64,000 bases of DNA from Macrostomum lignano (taxonomy: Eukaryota), in the NCBI GenBank assembly GCA_002269645.1, contig NIVC01000173.1:744001-808000 (forward strand), written 5' to 3'. Shown here one piece after another: positions 34,082-46,456 of the stretch (within the stretch, counting starts at the first letter, position 1; each line of letters starts with the position of its first letter). The translations under genes were made by a program, and so were the position numbers. Under the pieces are notes generated by a model, which made no database searches, was not told the DNA's origin, and worked only from the letters and a program-made list of their open reading frames with translations.

Positions 34082-34827
34082 TGTAGTGTAGAGTGTCCTA
34101 CCTCCCTCATTCTACCCTGTCATGCTTGACAGCAACCAAAGCGTGACCCTTTGACATTTACGAAAAAGGTCATGGACGACCTCGAGAGAGGTCCATTTGC
34201 CTATAAATACAAGTGGTCCGAAGCGGACCCGGAGCCAACTCCCGACAATAGGAGAAGCTCCGAAGAGGAAGCCGTAGGAGGACTTCCTGATCACCAAGTC
34301 AATCGAGACTCGGTCGAGTTGTTGCGGTAAGGCCTTGCTCATTTGCGCCCGTTTTTTGAGTCGACTCACTATTGTTATAGTGTTAGAGTCTTTTGAGACT
34401 CTTGAGTCCATTAGTGACTCCATTGGTTGTAGTCTCCAGAAAGACTACCCTGATAGATCTTAGAGGACTATCAGTGAATACCGGAGCGATACCTAGGGTG
34501 CATTAAGACACCGCTAGAAGGAGAAGGCTTATTTGAAACCGCATTAAGGCGCAGGGATCCCCATTGTTAATACGAAGCTTCTGATTGGTCCACACGATAG
34601 ATACCGGCCGAAGACAATTTGAGAGACTGAAATAGGACTTGGACCGGAACTACAGAAGTCAGGCGCCTGCACCAGTAGAAGACAAGAAGTTCCGGAGAAC
34701 TAACCATGAGAAGTCAACGTACTCAAGGTAAGCAATACCTTCAGTTGATTACTGGGTTGCCTAGCAGTGGCTAGAAGTGATTGTTCCTTGATTACCGAGA
34801 AAGGTCTCAGTAATAAGGAACACATCA
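34082..34827. mobile_element. Solo-LTR-like, CpG-retaining, hairpin-rich element upstream of RPL23
   Basis: Starts TGTAGTGT and ends ACACATCA. Contains CCTATAAAT and GTAAGC plus at least five short perfect hairpins. The flanks match only 3/5 (GTGCT / GTAGT), so the class is uncertain. Confidence 0.35.
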
Positions 34828-35253
34828 GTAGTACTTGTACATAAGTAAAGTCTGGTGATTTGAATATTTATAGCACTTCCCAGTGAAGCACTGGCGCCCA
34901 GTCCAACAGATAGTGCTGGACGCCAGAACATTACACTTTCGAAGCCAAGTTTTTCAGAATTTCCACAGTGCTACTTTGTTAGAATGTTTTGCAGTCAAAA
35001 ATGTTTCTAAAAATGCTACTGACAATAGGCAACTGTCAAAAAAGACTGCTAAAGATTGTAAAATTTTATTCTAATGAATGTGTTTTGAAGTTGTTCAAGA
35101 ATTCTAAAGAAATACAAGCAAGATAAGAGAAATCAGGAAAAATCTAACAGGAATTGCCAAGTTGCATCCATAAGCTTAGACCTGATTTTCAACAGATGTT
35201 TAGATTTGGCTAGTTGGTGTCTTGTGCAGAAATAATCATGTCTCTATCACAAT

Positions 35254-36537
35254 CCCACCTGGCTGTCGGTACCTGGTATTTACCCAGCCTTTATCCGGTT
35301 TAATCCATAATTTTTTTTACTTTTTTGGACAAAAATGAATTTTTATCTGGTTTTGATCTGGCAGTTCTTACTGGACTAACAAATGGAAGAAACTACAGAG
35401 CAAAACCAGATTAAAGTGTTTTTATTGATCACATTTTATCCGGATTGTGTCCGATTCCTGCCCCGGTCAATCAGCAATGAAAACTGGACTGCCAACCAGA
35501 ATAAGAAGTGGATGAAAGTTGGATGAATCATAGCTTTCTACCCAGAGTTGCTCCAATGTTTTATCTGGCTGTGAATCTGGCTTACAGTGATAAAATCCCA
35601 GATAGTGAAACAGACATAATCCAGATGAGGGAGTTCACTTGAAGTGAAGTTCATGTGTTTTAAAATATATATACCCAGGGAAAAGAAATCCATTTTTATG
35701 CCATTTCTGTTCCTTTTCATGTCAATTTTCAGCGCACAAAGCTTAAAAATGGACCGGGAGAAGCAAAACATAGATTGTACTATACTGTACACTAGCTTCT
35801 AAGTGCAATTTGTGCAAAACTTGTTTCTATACAAAGTGGATAATTATGGCACTTTTTTCTTTAAGTTTCATATTTTTAATCAATCAGGAACTGTGCATCA
35901 AAAATTATTTGAACCTAATTAAACTGGTGCTGGCCCTACAAATTTTTTTCAGTGGCATTTGCCCATGTATGTTTCTAGATAAAAGTTATATAGATCACCT
36001 TACTGTTTTGATTAATGCGTTTATAATCCTCTGTTTTAATTAACGAAAGCTTTCTACTAGTAAGCTTCTCTAGAGCTCCTCGCTTGTTCATACAGATATG
36101 AGCAGAATCATAGCAGGAGCAACAGCTATAATAGCCGCCACATAGTGCAATTTTTGTGCCAAACCTTTGGAAGCCACTGTAAAGGAGCACAAATTAAGGC
36201 TGAGTAATAAGCATCTAGAATGTTTATTATTATCTGATGACAGTATATAGGTATCCATACGTTTCATCTGGTTTTGATCCAGAAATGGCTCTGGTTTTTT
36301 ATCTGGCTGTAACATCCATATATTTCATCTAGTTTTCATCTAGAATTGGCTTTGCTATCCCATTTGGCTTCCTCTGGATACCAAACTGGATAAGCATCAT
36401 ATTGTCTCCACTTTCATCTATTTTGCTAACTTTTCGTCTGGTTTTTGTCCATTTTTTGCATGTAAATTTGCTATTTGTGCCAGATTAAACTCTGGACAAC
36501 ACATTGGATAAAATATGGCTAACTTCAGCCAGGCAGG
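35254..36537. mobile_element. Older CMC/EnSpm-like TIR element
   Basis: Ends CCCACCTGGCTG and CAGCCAGGCAGG are imperfect inverted repeats with AT on both flanks. Many internal (A/T)TCTGG/ATCCGG/CCAGAT subterminal motifs in both orientations. Confidence 0.45.
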
Positions 36538-38639
36538 ATTAGCTTTCAGGATTTTCAAAGGTAGCAACTCTGCTAATTTTAATACATTATAAATAAGGGA
36601 AATCCAAGAAAACTAATCAATATTAGCCATATCAGTATACTAGGAGCTGATTTTCAATAGATGCTTAGATTAGAAACTAGAAAGTACTAAATTTAAGCAC
36701 TTTAGCAAGTACGAGTAGTAAAAAGTAAAAAATGATTATTGTCATACTAACAATGTTTAGAAATGTTCTATTTTCTTTTATCATATACAAGCAAACTCTA
36801 TAACATAAAATATTATTAAGACCTAATAGAAATTGGTTCTTGAGTTCATCAATGCTTATACTTATATTGGCAACCAATGAGATTTCCCTACACCAACCTT
36901 TCAAAGCTGCAACCTTGCTTATGTTTTCCTAAATGAGCTATCACTCTATATAAGAAGATAAGTATTTTTGTTATTATGAAGTTTTCTATCATTTTCAAAG
37001 CCGATATACAGGTTATTAAAACAAACAAAAAACATCTGATTCTGCTAGAAGAGTTGGAAAACTCAGAGTGCTTGCTTTGAAAGTTAGTACTGAGAAATAG
37101 TACTGTAAAGGACTCTACAAAAGACAGCACTTTGCTGCACCTATTGTCTAGATAAGCTTCTTTGTTGTTTAATAGTTCTATTTAATTATAAGCTTAACTT
37201 ATCAACTAATTATTCAACTAATTAGTTGAAAATTCACTAAATTGTGACAATTATAGACATTAATTATTGACTTAAGTTCAATAATTGACTTAGTCATACA
37301 TCTTAGATATTCATATTCATCATATATATTGTACATACTATAGAACTAACTATATGTTTAGGTTGTATTAGATGACTCATTGGATTCACTAGGCCTTGTA
37401 TTTGCTCAAGAATCAATTAAGAAAAAGAAGACACTCAAGGATATCCTAGCTCTTGTGCTGCCACAAGTTTTTTAGAGCAACCATAAGTTATATCAAGAAA
37501 AGGTGAGCTTAGTGTTTCCAAATTCTGGCAAAAAAGACAGAATCATCAAGTGGCTTACAATAAACATATCACTTTTAGGATAGCACTAAGAAGCAGTTTC
37601 ACAACTTTGAGACATTGGCAAAGCTACACCCACTGTCTGAATACTTGATATCAGGCAAAAATTAAATGAAAATAAGTGACAAAGGAAGCAAAAGCTAAAG
37701 TGGAAGTGGCAGTAAATGAAGAAGCTACCACAATAATTCAAGCTACAATGATGGCTCTAGTGGTTGAAGAGGCAATGATTATAGACATCTCAATTTCTTA
37801 AAAGCATTTAGTATTTGGCTTTGGGACAGGTCCAATAGACATGTTTCAGTGGCAGATTTAGTCAATGGTAACTTTTCTTTAGACAATATTTGTGGAATCC
37901 TTTTTATGCAGCTATCACTTTTCTACAAACAAATGATAAAGAATAGCAAACTGGAAGCCCAACAAACACACTGATATTAGCTGCTACGTGCATTTTTCTT
38001 GCATCTATTTGCAATATGTACTGCCACTATATTAGCAACCCTAACTCATAGGATCTATGCAACTGCTTACTAGGTATCTAGTACAAATGTAATATCAACA
38101 ATACTAGTTATATAATTGACTAATTCTATGGATATCAGAAAGCATTTAGTATGTGCTGCAAATGTCAATCAATGCAAGGCTTTGCCTATTTTCAGAAGGC
38201 CAACAATGATCCAGATTATGAATAGAATTACACAAGCTCTAGCAACAATGATGCAGAGATTTTGATAGATGAACTAAAAGGAAATGGACAGAAATTTATG
38301 GACTATGAAAGTAAGGTTAGATAAAATTGTAAGTTACAATTAATATTAAAATTAAAAGTTCATTGAAGCAGCAAGGCTAGGAAATAGTAGGGTGCATACT
38401 AAGATCCATTAATCTAGTCTATAGATATATATAATAGGGCATAATAGCATTTGCTCCACTGAGATACTAGCATATAGATAACAATAGATAAGCACTTATA
38501 TGCATATTCACAGGGTATACCTTTTGACGTTCGAACTTTCCAATTTTCCCCGTATAAAACGAAATGGTCACAAAAAGGGGCTGTTACCGTGTTTTTTACC
38601 GTTACGGTCACCAGTTACCATTTTTTACCGTATTTGTGA

Positions 38640-39780
38640 CTGTTTAGTTCAGGGTCACCATGTGACTGTTCAATGTTACCGTACTTTGTGATCATTTTGT
38701 TTAGGGTAACCATGTGACTGTTCATAGTTACCGTATTTTGTGACCGTTTTGTTTAGGGTCACATGTTACCGATCAATGTGACCATACTTTGTGACCATTT
38801 TGTTTAGGGTAACCATGTGACTGTTCATAGTTACCGTATTTTGTGACCGTTTTGTTTAGGGTCACATGTTACCGATCAATGTGACCGTATTTTGTGACCG
38901 TTTTGTTTAGGGTCACATGTTACCAATCAATGTGACTGTATTTTGTGACAGTTTTGTTTAGGGTCACATGTTACCGATCAATGTGACCATATTTTGTGAC
39001 CGTTTTGTTTAGGGTAACCATGTGACCGTTCAATGTGACCGTATTTTGTGACCGTTTTGTTTAGGGTCACATGTTTCCGATCAATGTGACCGTATTTTGT
39101 GACCGTTTTGTTTAGGGTAACCATGTGACCATTCAATGTGACCGTATTTTGTGACCATTTTGTTTAGGGTAACCATGTGACCGTTCAATGTGACCGTATT
39201 TTGTGACCGTTTTGTTTAGGGTCACATGTTACCAATCAATGTGACCGTATTTTGTGACCGTTTTGTTTAGGGTAACCATGTGACCATTCAATGTGACCGT
39301 ATTTTGTGACCGTTTTGTTTAGGGTAACCATGTGACCGTTCAATGTGACCGTATTTTGTGACTGTTTTGTTTAGGGTCACATGTTATGGATCAATGTGAC
39401 CGTATTTTGTGACCGTTTTGTTTAGGGTAACCATGTGACCGTTCAATGTGACCGTATTTTGTGACCGTTTTGTTTAGGGTCACATGTTTCCGATCAATGT
39501 GACCGTATTTTGTGACCGTTTTGTTTAGGGTAACCATGTGACCGTTCAATGTGACCGTATTTTGTGACCGTTTTGTTTAGGGTAACCATGTGACCGTTCA
39601 ATGTGACCGTATTTTGTGACCGTTTTGTTTAGGGTAACCATGTGACTGTTCAATGTGACCGTATTTTGTGACCGTTTTGTTTAGGGTCACATGTTACCGA
39701 TCAATGTGACCGTATTTTGTGACCGTTTTGTTTAGGGTCACATGTTACCGTTCACTGTTACTGTATTTTGTGACCATTTT
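38640..39780. repeat. 51/52-bp subterminal tandem array of the CACTA-like element
   Basis: Unit TTTAGGGTAACCATGTGACCGTTCAATGTGACCGTATTTTGTGACCGTTTTG alternates with the variant TTTAGGGTCACATGTTACCGATCAAT...; built from GTGACCGT sub-motifs. Confidence 0.9.
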
Positions 39781-40000
39781 GTTCTGTTGTGGAGTTTACT
39801 ACTTGTCGCTTTCTACCAACTGTTGTCGTCTTCATTGCATAATAGACTTATGGCAGATAGTCGCTTAATTTCTTTTGGCGTAGTAGTATATATTTGTTAG
39901 CAGTAGTACATTTAGCCAATTGGCTACATTTATAATGCATTAATCTATTATCGCGCATAACTGTGCTTTAATGATGCCAACTGTCTGAAACATACGCCAT

Positions 40001-40184
40001 CATGGGCGGCGGGAGCTTGCGGCACCGGGGGCACGTGCCTCCCCCCAGAAAATAAGTCCAGGCGGTAATTTTTAGTGCTTCCTCTGATTTTAGGCCCTAA
40101 TTAGCAGTAATTATGAAGGTACCTGTGCCCCCCTTGCCCTGTGCCTGGTGCCCCCCAAAAATATTAGACTCCGTCGCCCCCCTA
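40001..40184. mobile_element. hAT-type MITE nested in the CACTA-like element
   Basis: Imperfect TIRs CATGGGCGGCGGGA and TCCGTCGCCCCCCTA. The flanking 8-bp repeats TACGCCAT (39993-40000) and TATGCCAT (40185-40192) differ by one CpG-type transition. Confidence 0.6.
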
Positions 40185-41748
40185 TATGCCATCGTTTAAC
40201 TCACATTGCTCTGTTCAAGGCTTCATCTCATATTCTGATCAATATGGGCAGCTGGCTACAGTCTGTAAATTTGCATGAAATACATGATGTTTATACCTGC
40301 TTCACTGGAAAATGAATACACTGCGTTAAATTTATTTCTAGAAATACGATCCACTGAAATATACTGCTATAGTGATAGTAAGATAGGATTCTCTTAAGTA
40401 GGTACCATCTTATACCTCTTAAAATATGACAATCACAACTACGGAATTAGAAGGTTAGTATTGTGCGACAAGTGAGAAACGCGTAGTGAAAAAAAACACA
40501 ACGTTGTTAACAGGACTAAAAATCAATATGGCGGACAAGTCACCGATTCAAATCTTTTTTTCGTTTTCGACTGTAAAAATTTTTCCTTTTGAACAAACAC
40601 TAAATACATCGAATTATACTGGCAAAACAGGCTCCTTAAGCCTGAGCCAAATTTGCTACTACAATGATTACTGTTACGTTTTCAGTGAACTGTTGATTAA
40701 GTTGTCTCATGTCTGTGGCTATGTGAATACAAAATCTTTAGGCTCATTCCATATAAGCACAGGCATAACTGCTTTTTTTACTTATAAAATGAAATATAAT
40801 AATAGAATATACTGGAGCAATATTTTAAATGATATATAATTTTGTCAAGAATATGTTTATAAACTTTCTTAACAAAACTGCTACTTTCTCAGCTAGGAAA
40901 GGGCTGGGTACACTGGAGAGCTCGAAAATAATCATCTCAGAGCAAGATAGTTCAGAAATCATTGAAAAAATAATTTAATGAACGAAACTTAAAGATTGCC
41001 AAACTTTCATATAGATGTCATCATTAATATAGATGCTATTAGGCCCTAAGCATTGAGTGGCACTTATGGTTGTAATAGGCCTAACAGGATTACAGGATTT
41101 TTGGCATATAGAAACTAAACAGTTAAAGTCTTATAAAATTTTTCAAACATATAATATATGTTGAATATTTTGCAATGCATTTTTTAATTGGACTAAGAAC
41201 ATCTTCAGAAATCATACTCCTTTTGCAATATATAATTAAACTCAAAAAGGCAACAAAGATACATAAAAAGGCAGCCTTATGGTCATAACACTTTTTTGTA
41301 ACTTTGAGGTACCAATATATGAAAAAGATAACAGAATTTTTGGTCACCAGTATTTTTATCTAGATAAAATCATAACAGCATTAGATCTGATGATGCAAGT
41401 ACTATACTTTTATCTATAGTTTTTTTCAACCCTCCAAAGCTTTCTATTTGTTTTTAAAAGGTACAGAAACTTAATTATGTCTTTTGCTTATAAAAATGTC
41501 CAAAATTTTACAAAAATGACTTTCTGCCACCTGATAACAACGACGTACTAATTAGAAAACATTTTATCATTCATTTATTCTTCACCTGTAGATATTGCAC
41601 ATAAAAAACTTTTGGTAAAAAAAAGCTGACAAATTTCTTAACTTCTTAGGTACTAAAAAGTGGCAATTTTATATTTCATGGAATTGTGTTTGTTCTTGTA
41701 ATTATGCTATCCTACAATTAACCATTCCAGATTAACTCTAATTCTACT

Positions 41749-42102
41749 ATGGCAGATGCAGACTCGCTTGATAAAATAATGCAGTCTGCAAGCATTTTAA
41801 AAGACAATATCACACATATTGTGAAAAATATTGATAGCAGCTGTTCACTCATCTGTATGCTGCAAGAGCTGCCGCTGCAACAATCGGATCGCAAAGCGAC
41901 TCTCTGCGACCTTCAAGATTGCTTCAATGGCCTGCATGGCGAACTGGCCCTGGTTGCTATGCAGGCTAGTGACATAAGCAAGCAATTGCTGCGATTGGAC
42001 CACCCGGTGCCATCAGCTGGTGCAACATATCATTGTGCTAAACTAAACAAAGCTAAACTAAACCTAAACGTCGCAGTACAATGGGTTTCTAAAACTGCTT
42101 AA
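41749..42102 (+). CDS. 117-aa ORF of unknown function carried inside the CACTA-like element
   Basis: ATG to TAA with no internal stop, higher GC than the flanks, an ATTCCAG acceptor 18 nt upstream, and a helical Leu/Gln-rich composition. No family recognised. Confidence 0.35.
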   Translation: MADADSLDKIMQSASILKDNITHIVKNIDSSCSLICMLQELPLQQSDRKATLCDLQDCFNGLHGELALVAMQASDISKQLLRLDHPVPSAGATYHCAKLNKAKLNLNVAVQWVSKTA

Positions 42103-42114
42103 CTTTTGGTCACG

Positions 42115-42426
42115 CACTTCTGCGATGTCCCACTAATTCAACTAGTTCTTTTTGGTGCACTTCTGTGATGTCCCACTAATTCAACTAGTTCTTTTTGGTG
42201 CACTTCTGCGATGTCCCACTAATTCAACTAGTTCTTTTTGGTGCACTTCTGCGATGTCCCACTAATTCAACTAGTTCTTTTTGGTACACTTCTGCGATGT
42301 CCCACTAATTCAACTAGTTCATTTTGGCGCACTTCTGCGATGTCCCATTAATTCAACTACTTCTTTTTGGCGCACTTCTGTGATGTCCCACTAATTCAAC
42401 TACTTCTTTTTGGTGCACTTCTGCGA
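42115..42426. repeat. 43-bp tandem repeat, about 7 copies
   Basis: CACTTCTGCGATGTCCCACTAATTCAACTAGTTCTTTTTGGTG repeated head-to-tail with no spacers. Confidence 0.9.
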
Positions 42427-44903
42427 TCGCTATGTACCATATAATAATGCATTTTAATAATAGCGCGCTTTGCGTATATAAAGCTTAATTGCCGCAATTA
42501 CTGGTTACTTCACATCTAATATATTACTGCTGATTTGTATTCCTGTTACTTATTTGCACATTATTTTGCACATACTGTTGGTTGATAGTCAGAAAAAACA
42601 CACAAGATCACAAAACCGTCACAAAATATGGTAACAGTAAACAGTAACATAGTTACCCTAAGCAAAACGGTCACAAAATATGGCAAAAGTAAACGGTAAC
42701 ATATTTACCCTAGGCAAAACGGTCACAAAATACGGTAACATTGAACGGTAACACGTGACCCTGAACAAATGGTCACAAAATACGGTCACATTGAACGGTA
42801 ACATGTGACCCTGAACAAACGGTCACATATATGGTAACTATGAACGGTCACATGTGACCTTATTTTCATGAACATGAACAGTCACAATAAACGGTCACAA
42901 GCGTTACAGACCACGGTAACAAGGAGAACGGTCACAGCCCCTTTTTGTGACCGTTTCGTTTTATACGGGTTCAGCTATATAAACTGCATATTCAGCCTAT
43001 GTTCCTCTTTTCTAATAGAAAATTAATCTAGGATAGTGAGCAATTGTTGTTTAGTATGTAGCTAAGATTAAATAATGGCCAAAATATTTCCATATACTAA
43101 AAATGGTTTGCCAAAAAATTTTATTATCTAAGAAACAAGTTTTATTACACTATTGCAACCAAGGTCTAAACTGCACTGGATATCCCCCTTTTCTTTGCCA
43201 AACTGCGCCAGACTGTACCTATACTATCAAGGGACAATCTGCACTTGACACTGTCTACAATAATGGTGATTAATGTAATAATTAATAGTAGCCATAAAAC
43301 AAATCCCTAAGGAAAGCCAAGGAAGTGCTGCCAATTCCATTTCTGCTCCTGCTTCTGCCCCTAATTCTACCTCTGCTTCAACTTTTATTAAAAAACCTAA
43401 AAATATTGATCTAGAAGGAGATAAGAGCCCAAAAAGACCAAAATTAAAACTAGAAAACTAAAACTAGAAAACTAGAAAATCCAAAAGGAGAGACAATAAG
43501 GATAATAATAAACACTCCAATTAAGATTGCATAACAATCAAAGCCTTGCTAACTTTAGTTGTTCTGACAGTTGCAGGTCTATAACATTTGCCCTCCGGAA
43601 TTTTGCCCATTGATGTTTGTCTGCTGGAAAGTTCCCTTGAGTTGGAGGGGCATCAATAGAGCTTCATTCGCTGCATGCACAGACCAAGGAAAATTAGATC
43701 AATAAACAGGCCTCACATGATTAGAATTTAGCATGAAAATTAGCTATTTAACAGCATATTTGTGATGCCTGTTTACGACCGAAATTGCCCGCCAAACAAC
43801 CCCCAGCCAGGCAACTGCTAACAAGGAAGCCACCGTTGACTGTCTCACCGTCTTGCCCAAAATCGCCAGCCAGAAAGCCGTCATCGCCCTGATCAAGATC
43901 ACTAGTCCGTCAGCCGCCATCAGCAGCCTCGTCGCCTTGCAACTCAAGGCCATGATCAAGATCTCCAGCCAGACAATCCTCCAGGCAATCACTATTGGTG
44001 ATGCTGCCCATGCAGTATGGCCTGCGGCCCCAACATCAAGCTGTTGCCGCCTGGAAGAGAGCCATTGCCTACGCCCTCCATGAGCTAAATAACGGCTGGG
44101 TAAACCGTGCAAATGTGTGCACCAAGACTCTTTAGACTAGCTTTGAGTGTAGCTGGCCATACCAGGACTGGCTATTGATGGCTATGGTCCAATACATGTG
44201 AATAAACTATATGCATTACTTATAGTAGTTTGTGACTTACCTTCTTATTTTTCTTTCTTTTGCAGTAAAATTTCTTTGCAATATTCCTTTGTAATCTGCC
44301 TCTATAATATGCCTTGTACTCTTTCAATAAAATTTATGTGTATCCTTATTTGATTTTATTGCTTAAGGGAAGCCAAATGTAGCAGCCCTAGTTTGTGCCT
44401 ATGTAAAATTATGCACATTATCTCTTTGTATTCTTACTTAGTCTATGCAATTACTTTCCTAAAATACAATTAGTCAGCATTAAATACTATTTTATATATA
44501 ATTACGTCTATATTGCTTAAAACAAAATATCATTGTTATAATGCATATGCCATTTTGATAAAAATTACTATAAAAGCAAGCTAAATATACAGTAGAAAAG
44601 CATCTTATTGGTGGCCCTGGTCTATTCAAGCTTCTGTCCTGTTCTTGAGCCCCAATGAACAGCTATTCTAAAAATAGATATTAGAGTTTGTCAGTCCTTC
44701 TTTCTTTTTAAGGTGAGCTGTACAATAGAGATGCACAGTCATCCCCCCTTTCCTTTCCCTATGAGTGCTTCCCTAGAAGACTCGGGCTTGTCCCAACCCT
44801 TCCCCCCCTTTTCCCTTGTGAACATACAACCACCCACTGAGCTGCCCCGCTCCCCCCCCTCCCACAACGAAGAGACTGCCATGGCCCAATTCCTTCAGAT
44901 TGT

Positions 44904-46456
44904 CCCTATTGGAATAAGTTTCAAAAACCTCAAAAGCGAAAATTGTGCCCTCAAAAGCGCGACGCGACACCAACTGGGGGGCGGCAATGCGCAACGCAAC
45001 ACCGATGTCTGTTGACTGAATGACTAGGGGGGGGGGAGGAAGACGCCACAGCAGCCACGTTGCAATTGACAATTCCCGTTCTGCCATTCACTCCCAACAC
45101 CGAGACCATGGGGCGAGGGATGAGAGTGTTCCTTTTAATTTCACGGAAAAAGAAAAGAAATTTAAAAACAATAAACAGTAAAACAACAAAGGTACAACAC
45201 TTAGAAAAACAGCGCACGCATTGTAACTAACAAGTAACATTTCTAAAAATTATATTTGAAGTTGTGCAGGGCCCCTCCCAATTTATTTATAAAATAGTCA
45301 CCGTTTAGTTAATTTGAATTCACGCCAAAACTAAGAAACATATTTTGTTTTAATACTTGTATTTTCTATAATATTTTGCGCTAATGAATTTTTGTTTAAA
45401 ACTGTAGCAAATTTTAGTATAGGGCCTAAATAGAAGCATTTTCAGTGGAGGAGAACCAACCTCGCGCATCGCAGTTCCGCAATAAGTGATTGATAGCAAA
45501 TAGTAAGAGTTCCGAGAAAATAAGAGTTGGAGAAGTGTTTTCTGTGTTAATTCCTTTTAAGAAGTAAGAGCGAAATAGACTGAAGCGTATACAGTACATA
45601 CTATTGAGAAGCAGCAGTATTGAGTAGTAAGAGAATACGAAGTAGATCTGAAGTCATATGTGTAAGAATAACTGGAGGCTGTGACCCTCTGATCTCGGTA
45701 ACGCCCAAGGACTTGCAAAGTACATGGAATACATATACCAATATAGCCAATAGACCACTCAGGCCAAAAGTACAGTGAACACTACCGGAATCAGAATAAC
45801 AGAGGAATAAAATCTTTAAGAGCTAATAGTTTTCTAAGAATAATACTCAGACTAAATACTCAGACTAAATACTCAGACTAAATACTAAGATATATACTCA
45901 GATCAATTCTAAGAAACATTTCTCGGATTATTCTAAGATTGATAAACTCATAATTTATTAATAGGATAATCCTGGTGGCAGCTACCAACTTAAAGATTAG
46001 TGTAGGAAGTTTAGCCCTTTGACAATTTCAGTAAAAGGAGTTACCCCTAGTACAACCTTGGTGACATAACGGTGGGATTCTCAGTGTACAAGAAACACCA
46101 CTAGTACAACTTTGGTGTCAGCGGTTGAGATTTTCTAGAGAGAGCTGAAAGGCCTAGTACAAAGTATTAGTTACTTTACCGTCAAAATAAAAAAGAACAA
46201 TTCAAGAACTAGTTATTATCAAACATGTTTGAAACATTTAAATAACGAGAAACAACCGTGAACATATTACAATGAAACACAGTTTGCAAGGTTTTGGCTA
46301 TAGATCCAGGCCGCGACGCGACGTATGACGACACCAGGTTTCCAGTGTCACGCGACGCGACACACCACTTGACACATTGTCGTGTGACGCCACACCAGGA
46401 GAATCCGAAAATGCGACAGACAGTTGTCCGCGTTTTGTCAACTTATTCCAATAGGG
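44904..46456. mobile_element. 1.55-kb non-autonomous TIR DNA transposon with an 8-bp TSD
   Basis: Perfect 17-bp TIR CCCTATTGGAATAAGTT / AACTTATTCCAATAGGG. Direct repeat CAGATTGT at 44896-44903 and 46457-46464. CpG-rich GCGACGCGACAC motifs near both ends. Confidence 0.8.

Larger units (their letters stand above)
38549..42969. mobile_element. CACTA/EnSpm (CMC)-like non-autonomous DNA transposon with long subterminal repeat arrays
   Basis: Inverted termini CCCGTATAAAACGAAATGGTCACAAAAAGGGGCTGT and ACAGCCCCCTTTTTGTGACCGTTTCGTTTTATACGGG. The 3-bp direct repeat TTC flanks both ends (38546-38548, 42970-42972). About 22 units of 51/52 bp on the left and about 5-6 inverted units on the right. No transposase ORF. 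Confidence 0.85.
37411..44135 (+). pseudogene. Decayed multi-exon gene interrupted by the CACTA-like insertion
   Basis: Exon-like segments with splice signals: 37411-37502 (SIKKKKTLKDILALVLPQVFRATISYIKKK|GTGAG) joins in phase to 37579- (DSTKKQFHNFETLAKLHPLSEYLISG). 38196-38310 has an acceptor, a donor and one internal TAG. 43755-44135 (HICDAC...SP*SRS...RP*SRSP...WKRAIAYALHELNNGW) has two TGA at Arg-like positions. Whether all segments belong to one gene is inferred. Confidence 0.45.

Noticed and set aside
38700-39740. TTAGGG hexamers as interstitial telomere
   Set aside because: They are single hexamers embedded in 51/52-bp transposon units (also in 19-bp variants) and never occur in tandem.
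42115-42426. 43-bp repeat as a CRISPR-like array
   Set aside because: The units are contiguous with no unique spacers, the context is eukaryotic, and no cas genes are present.
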